A stretch of DNA of 64,000 nt from Candidatus Brocadiia bacterium (lineage in GTDB: Bacteria; Planctomycetota; Brocadiia; CAIUPP01): positions 81,878 through 145,877 of the forward strand of contig JBEKCB010000009.1 of assembly GCA_050015075.1 (NCBI GenBank), written 5' to 3'. Positions 58,965-64,000 of the stretch are shown here, one piece after another (position 1 is the stretch's first letter; the number at the start of each line of letters is the position of its first letter). The position numbers and the translations under genes are program-made. The notes under the pieces are model-generated. The model ran no database searches. It had not been told where the DNA came from and was given only the letters and a program-made list of their open reading frames with translations.

Positions 58965-60461
58965 ATGAACTCATCGGCGCATCCGCCCATTCGACTCCAT
59001 CCGGAAAACCCGAAGATATTCGAGTTCCGCGGCAAGCCGCTGGTGCTGGTCACCGCCACCGAGCATTACGGCTCCGTACTCAACCGGCCGTTCCGGTTCG
59101 AGCGCTACGTCGCGGACGCCGCGGAGAAATCGCAGACTCTGACGCGCCTGTTCCTGCTGTTCCGGGAATTCCAGAGTGCGTGCAATCCGTATTCGACGTG
59201 CAAGCCGGAATCCACCGACTACATCGCGCCGTTCCTGCGGACGGGACCGGGGCAGGCGTCGGACGGCTTGCCGAAATACGACCTGGCCCGATGGAACCCC
59301 GAGTTCTTCGACCGGTTGCACCGGTTCATGGCGCTGACTTCCGAGCGTGGCGTCGTTGTGGAGGCGGTTCTGCTGAGCAACACGTACGCCGATCAGATGT
59401 GGGCCGTCAACCCGCTCAATGCCGTCAACAACGTCAACGGTCTGGAGACCATTCCATGGCCGGATTACATGACCCGGCGCCACGCCAAGCTGTTCGCCTG
59501 GCAATGCGCTCACGTGCGCAAGATGGTGGAGGAACTGAATCGCTACGACAACGTCCTCTTCGAGGTCTGCAACGAACCCGGCGGCGCGGTGGCCATTCCC
59601 GGTGCGCCGACGGTTGACGAGGTCAACGATTGGCTGCGCGCCCTGACGCGCCTTATCCGGGAGACAGAGGCCCAACTGCCCTGCCGGCATCTGGTCGCCG
59701 GCCAGGAAGCATTCGCCTACACCCACACGCTGCCGGAGAAAAACGCAGTCCAGCAACTGTCCGAAAAGTCCTTCCGGGATTTCCCCGTGGACGTGGTGAA
59801 CATGCACCCGCTCCCGAACATGACCTATTCCGGCAAAATTTACGACCTCGGCCAGTTCATGTCCGCGGAACTGCACTTGCAGGAACTGCGCCGGTACTGC
59901 CTGGATGCTTACCGCGAGCGAAAGCCGTTGAACCTGGATGAGGACAACGCCGCCTCGCGCTTTCGAGACGAGACCGGCTGGACCATCCACCGCAAGCGCG
60001 CCTGGACGACCCTTTTCTGCGGCGCGCACTACGACATGATTGATTTCTCCATCCTGCCCTGGCTGGAGACCGGGACGCCGGACTCGCAGAAGTTTCTCCG
60101 CACGTCGATGCGGCGCCTCTCCGAATATATGAAGTCCGTGGACCTGATTCGAGCAAGGCCCCTGGAGTCTTTCCTGACCGCGCAGCCGGAGAGCACGGTC
60201 GGCTCGGTCCTCGCTGTGGAGGGCGAGGAATATCACATCTATCTGGCCGATGGCCGCGAACTCTCCGATCCGGGAGCTGGATCCCCGGTCGCGGGAGAAA
60301 TCGGTTTCCGTCTGCCGGAAGGCCGATACCGCGCCACCTGCACTTCCCCTGCAACCGGAGAGTCCTCCACTCCCGCAGAGCTGCGCGGAGGCGCCGATGT
60401 GACGCTGCCGTTGAGACCGTTCACTCACGACCTCGTAGTGCGCATAGACAAAACCCGATAA
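58965..60461 (+). CDS. GH-A clan (GH5-like) TIM-barrel hydrolase with C-terminal beta domain
   Basis: FEVCNEP putative acid/base, LNLDED putative nucleophile; no signal peptide. Confidence 0.7.
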   Translation: MNSSAHPPIRLHPENPKIFEFRGKPLVLVTATEHYGSVLNRPFRFERYVADAAEKSQTLTRLFLLFREFQSACNPYSTCKPESTDYIAPFLRTGPGQASDGLPKYDLARWNPEFFDRLHRFMALTSERGVVVEAVLLSNTYADQMWAVNPLNAVNNVNGLETIPWPDYMTRRHAKLFAWQCAHVRKMVEELNRYDNVLFEVCNEPGGAVAIPGAPTVDEVNDWLRALTRLIRETEAQLPCRHLVAGQEAFAYTHTLPEKNAVQQLSEKSFRDFPVDVVNMHPLPNMTYSGKIYDLGQFMSAELHLQELRRYCLDAYRERKPLNLDEDNAASRFRDETGWTIHRKRAWTTLFCGAHYDMIDFSILPWLETGTPDSQKFLRTSMRRLSEYMKSVDLIRARPLESFLTAQPESTVGSVLAVEGEEYHIYLADGRELSDPGAGSPVAGEIGFRLPEGRYRATCTSPATGESSTPAELRGGADVTLPLRPFTHDLVVRIDKTR

Positions 60462-60473
60462 GGCCAGCGAACT

Positions 60474-61481
60474 ATGGAGCAGCTCACAACGCGGGAAAGG
60501 TTCACGCGCGTCCTGCAGTTTCAGCCGGTTGACCGGTTGCCGGTGATGGAATGGGCGCCGTGGTGGGATAAGACCCTGGAGCGCTGGAAGGGAGAAGGAA
60601 TGCCGGCGCGCCTCAGCGCGCTCCCGTGGCCTTCCGAAGCGATCGAAACGCACAAGTATTTTGAATTGGACAGCCATGTGCAATTCTGGTTCCGCAGCCT
60701 GAAGGCGTCGGCTCATGGCGGATCGGTTGCCAATGCCGACGACTACGAGAAGATTCGGGCGGACCTTTTCCCGGAGAGCCCAGACATTCAGGACATGGAA
60801 CGCTTCAAGTCCCTGGCCGAACGGCAGCGGCGCGGCGACCTGGCGCTCTGGATCACGCTCGACGGCTTTTTCTGGCACCCCAGGATGTTGTTCGGCATCG
60901 AGAGGCACTTCTATTCCTTTTACGACGCGCCGGACCTCATGCACCGGATGAACTCCGCCCTTCTGGATTTCCATCTCCGGTGTCTGGACCGGTTCTGCTC
61001 CGTCTGCATTCCCGACTTCATGACCCTGGCCGAGGACATGTCGTACAACCACGGGCCGATGATCTCCAAGGAACTCTTCGATGAATTCATCGCGCCGTAT
61101 TATCGCAGGCTGGTCCCGAAACTCAGGGAATACGGCATCGTTCCCATCATAGATTCCGACGGAGACATCACGAAGATCATTCCCTGGTTTGCCGAGGTGG
61201 GCGTGGACGGCTTCCTGCCCCTCGAGCGGCAGGCCGGCGTGGACATCAACGCGTTGCGCAAGGCGCATCCGCGGGTCCGCTTCATCGGCGCTTACGACAA
61301 GATGGTCATGAACAAAGGCGAAAATGAGATGCGGGCGGAGTTCGAGAGATTGCTGCCGACCATGAAGTCCGGCGGCTTCATCCCGTCGGTTGACCACCAG
61401 ACGCCGCCGGGAGTTTCCCTGTCCAATTACCGGATTTACGTGAAGCTGCTCAAAGAGTATTGCAGAAAGGCGGCCGGCTGA
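60474..61481 (+). CDS. Uroporphyrinogen decarboxylase (URO-D/MtaA-CmuA) family protein
   Basis: TTRERF, EDMSYNHGPMIS, DSDG, GGFIPSVDH...PP. Confidence 0.88.
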   Translation: MEQLTTRERFTRVLQFQPVDRLPVMEWAPWWDKTLERWKGEGMPARLSALPWPSEAIETHKYFELDSHVQFWFRSLKASAHGGSVANADDYEKIRADLFPESPDIQDMERFKSLAERQRRGDLALWITLDGFFWHPRMLFGIERHFYSFYDAPDLMHRMNSALLDFHLRCLDRFCSVCIPDFMTLAEDMSYNHGPMISKELFDEFIAPYYRRLVPKLREYGIVPIIDSDGDITKIIPWFAEVGVDGFLPLERQAGVDINALRKAHPRVRFIGAYDKMVMNKGENEMRAEFERLLPTMKSGGFIPSVDHQTPPGVSLSNYRIYVKLLKEYCRKAAG

Positions 61482-61492
61482 GGAGATTCGAA

Positions 61493-63349
61493 ATGAAGCT
61501 CTGCCTTGCCATGCTCGTTCTGACCACGGCCACCGCGCAGGCCGCCGAGACTTTGCGCGTCGCACCCGGCGAATCGCTTGAACAGGCCATCGCCAAAGCG
61601 CGCACCGCGCCGAAGCCCGTCACCATCGAACTGCGCGGCGGCACGTACTTCCTCGACAAGCCGATCGCGCTTGGGCCGCAGGATGCCGGGCTGACGCTCG
61701 CGGCGTACCGCGACGAGAAACCGGTCCTCAGCGGCGGCCGGCGCATTACCGGCTGGCGACCGGGGACGGACCAGGTCTGGACGGCCTCGGTGACCGGCGA
61801 TTTCCGCGAGTTGTGGGTCAACGGCCGGCGCGCCGTGCGTGCCCGGTATCCGAGCCAGGGTTACCTGGCCGTCGCCGAGGTGCTCGATGCGACGCCGGCC
61901 GAAAAATGGATGGAGGGCCAGACGCGCTTCCGTTTCAAGGAAGGCGACCTGAAAGCGTGGCCCTCCATGACGGAGGCTGAAGTCGTGGTGATGAACCGGT
62001 GGGTCGAATCGCGGCTGCCGGTCGTCCGCGTGGATGAGAACGAGAAGATCGTTACGTTCGGGAAACGCAGCGTGTTCGCGCTCGACAAGGGCGATCTGTA
62101 TTACGTGGAGAACGTCCGCGAGGCGCTCGCTCCCGGGATGTGGTTCCTCGACCGGAGCAGCGGTTCGATCAGTTACCGGCCGCTGCCGGGCGAGGATCTG
62201 CAAACGGCCGAGGTAATCGCGCCGGCGCTGCCGCAAGTGTTGCGGCTGGAAGGCGCCGAGCGCGTGACGCTGCGCGGCCTGACGTTCGCCCACACCGAGT
62301 GGACGCTGCCGAAAGATTCCAGCGGGTTCCCGCAGGCGGCGGTGGGCGTGCCGGGCGCGGTATGGGGCGAACGCGCGCGGGAGTGTGCGTTCGAGCAGTG
62401 CGCTTTCACGCACCTCGGCGATTACGCGCTCGAACTCGGCCGCGGCTGCCGGAACAATCGCGTGGCCGGCTGCGAGATGAGCGATCTCGGAGCGGGCGGT
62501 GTGAAGATCGGCGAGACGGCCATCCGCGAGGACCCGGCCGATCAGACGTCCGCCAACACCGTCACCGATTGCCGCATCCACGATGGCGGAAAACTGTTCC
62601 ACAGCGCCGTCGGCGTCTGGATCGGCCAGAGCGCCGACAACGTCATCACGCACAACCTGATCCACGATTTTTACTACACCGCGATCTCGATCGGCTGGAC
62701 GTGGGGCTACGGCCCGGCATCGGCGACGGGCAACCGGGTCGAGTGGAACCACGTCCATCACGTCGGCGCGCTCTCCGACGGCGACGGCCCGATTCTCAGC
62801 GACATGGGCGGCATCTACACGCTCGGCAACCAGCACGGCGCGGCCATCCGCAACAACCTCTTCCACGATATCGCCGGTGTCCGGTATGGCGGATGGGGAA
62901 TATATTTCGACGAAGGCACGACCGACATTCTCGCGGAAAACAACATCGTCTATCGCACTACGCACGGCGGGTTCCACCAGCATTACGGCAAGAACAACGT
63001 CGTTCGCAACAACATTTTCGCCTTCGGCCGCGACTGGCAACTGCAGCGCACGCGCGCCGAGCCGCACCTGAGTTTCACCTTCGAGCGCAACATCGTTTAT
63101 TGGGACAAGGGCAACCTGCTCGGCGGCAACTGGGAAGGCGACCAGTATGCGGTGTCGTCGAATCTTCTCTGGCGGACGGACGGGAAACCGCTGGAACTTC
63201 CTGCCGGGTTTCAATCCGGCCACTCGCTGATCGCCGACCCGCTTTTCGTCGCTCCGGCGAACGGGGATTTCTCCCTGCGGCCCGAGTCGCCGGCCTTCGG
63301 GCTGGGCTTCAAGCCGATTGACGTATCGCAGGTCGGCCCGCGTAAGTAG
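61493..63349 (+). CDS. Secreted right-handed beta-helix protein (GH141-like)
   Basis: Signal peptide, LRGGTY, LSGG, RARYP, DMGGIYTLG, GIYFDEG, ADPLF. Confidence 0.85.
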   Translation: MKLCLAMLVLTTATAQAAETLRVAPGESLEQAIAKARTAPKPVTIELRGGTYFLDKPIALGPQDAGLTLAAYRDEKPVLSGGRRITGWRPGTDQVWTASVTGDFRELWVNGRRAVRARYPSQGYLAVAEVLDATPAEKWMEGQTRFRFKEGDLKAWPSMTEAEVVVMNRWVESRLPVVRVDENEKIVTFGKRSVFALDKGDLYYVENVREALAPGMWFLDRSSGSISYRPLPGEDLQTAEVIAPALPQVLRLEGAERVTLRGLTFAHTEWTLPKDSSGFPQAAVGVPGAVWGERARECAFEQCAFTHLGDYALELGRGCRNNRVAGCEMSDLGAGGVKIGETAIREDPADQTSANTVTDCRIHDGGKLFHSAVGVWIGQSADNVITHNLIHDFYYTAISIGWTWGYGPASATGNRVEWNHVHHVGALSDGDGPILSDMGGIYTLGNQHGAAIRNNLFHDIAGVRYGGWGIYFDEGTTDILAENNIVYRTTHGGFHQHYGKNNVVRNNIFAFGRDWQLQRTRAEPHLSFTFERNIVYWDKGNLLGGNWEGDQYAVSSNLLWRTDGKPLELPAGFQSGHSLIADPLFVAPANGDFSLRPESPAFGLGFKPIDVSQVGPRK

Positions 63350-63385
63350 CGCAGACTGGAGCAACCGTCAGCCGTCGAAAAATTC

Positions 63386-63414
63386 TTGACAGAGGTGACC
63401 ATTCTTGTCAGAAT
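63386..63414 (+). promoter_or_regulatory. Shared promoter/operator motif, copy 5
   Basis: TTGAC-agaggtgaccattctt-GTCA-GAAT. Confidence 0.7.
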
Positions 63415-63573
63415 AGGTATTCGGCGCGTGACCGCAGAGCCAGTGGCGTGGCGGTTGGGGGAAAATCCCGGTTGAGTTTGGATTCGGAAAAGGCAGAATA
63501 GCGGCAACTAAATTCACGTGGTTGCGAAGGGCCAGTCATCTGAGAAGTTGCGGCTTGAACGGTTGGACATGAT

Positions 63574-64000
63574 ATGAGCTTGACTGGCGCCGCGATTCGG
63601 ATCAGACGGCTATACGGACAATTCACCCGCGGGCCGGCATTCCCGGCTCTCGTCTTCCTCGCGGTATTCCTCTATCTCTGGCTGTACCTCGAGCCCGCGT
63701 TTCTCTACAGTTTCATGCCGTATCGGCAGTTCCCTGCCTTCTCGACGGGGATGGAATTCTTCGAGAGTTTCCTGCCCTATCAGGGCGGCTTGGTCGCCTA
63801 TGCGTCGGCCTTCCTCTCGCAACTCTATCACTGGTCGTGGCTTGGGGCGCTGGTCATCACTTCGGTTGCGGGCCTCCTTTGCCTGGCCACGGCCGGGGTG
63901 TTCAAGCATCTCGGCGGCACGCGCGTGCGCGCTCTTTATTATGTCCCCGCGGTTCTGATGCTCATGCTGTGCAGCCAGTACAGACATGCATTGGCCGCCG
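63574..64000 (+). CDS. Membrane protein, DUF6057-like N-terminus (3' truncated; absent from the ORF track)
   Basis: Manual translation from ATG 63574 is open to the window end: ...FFESFLPYQGGLVAYASAFLSQLYHWSWLGALVIT... Confidence 0.65.
   Translation, partial: MSLTGAAIRIRRLYGQFTRGPAFPALVFLAVFLYLWLYLEPAFLYSFMPYRQFPAFSTGMEFFESFLPYQGGLVAYASAFLSQLYHWSWLGALVITSVAGLLCLATAGVFKHLGGTRVRALYYVPAVLMLMLCSQYRHALAA

Noticed and set aside
63440-63545. Possible cobalamin riboswitch (GGGAA..CGGT, GCAACT, GAAGG..GCCAG fragments)
   Set aside because: Fragments match poorly and I cannot build the stems; an Rfam/Infernal scan would be needed
63580-63608. Sixth motif-like site TTGAC-N16-ATCA-GACG
   Set aside because: The spacer does not fit the consensus and it lies within the predicted coding start; not counted

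Overview
High-GC bacterial window, plausibly Planctomycetota/PVC (inferred from gene content, not proven). 1-11.1 kb: dcw cluster ftsI'-murE-murF-mraY-ftsW-murG-murC-murB-ddl-ftsQ, with no murD and no ftsA/ftsZ after ftsQ. 11-21 kb: a TA-like nucleotidyltransferase pair, a tiny Cys-rich protein, clpB, a CobD-like protein lacking the PLP lysine, an ACT protein, rpsU and speD-speE. 21-29 kb: a polyphosphate cluster (CHAD, metallophosphoesterase-HD fusion, ppx, ppk2, ppk1). 29.8-38.4 kb: a tightly coupled six-gene minus-strand operon (MBOAT, SGNH, TolB-like, two paralogous unknown exported proteins, FGE-domain lipoprotein). 38-64 kb: accessory genes including a C10 protease with 14 repeats, a GT-C-like protein, a Thr-type sulfatase-fold enzyme, GH4, non-Pyl MttB, a DUF6785-like transporter, two radical SAM enzymes, GH5-like, URO-D family and beta-helix proteins. 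The strongest unexplained signal is a 29-bp motif, TTGAC-N16-GTCA-SAAT with a conserved spacer, found five times ahead of five accessory transcription units (candidate regulon). Also present: a 71-bp double-hairpin dispersed repeat (2 copies), inverted heptamer/nonamer arrays and a possible integron-cassette remnant. No rRNA, tRNA, CRISPR array, transposase or integrase was recognised. All family assignments come from motif recognition by eye; no searches were run.
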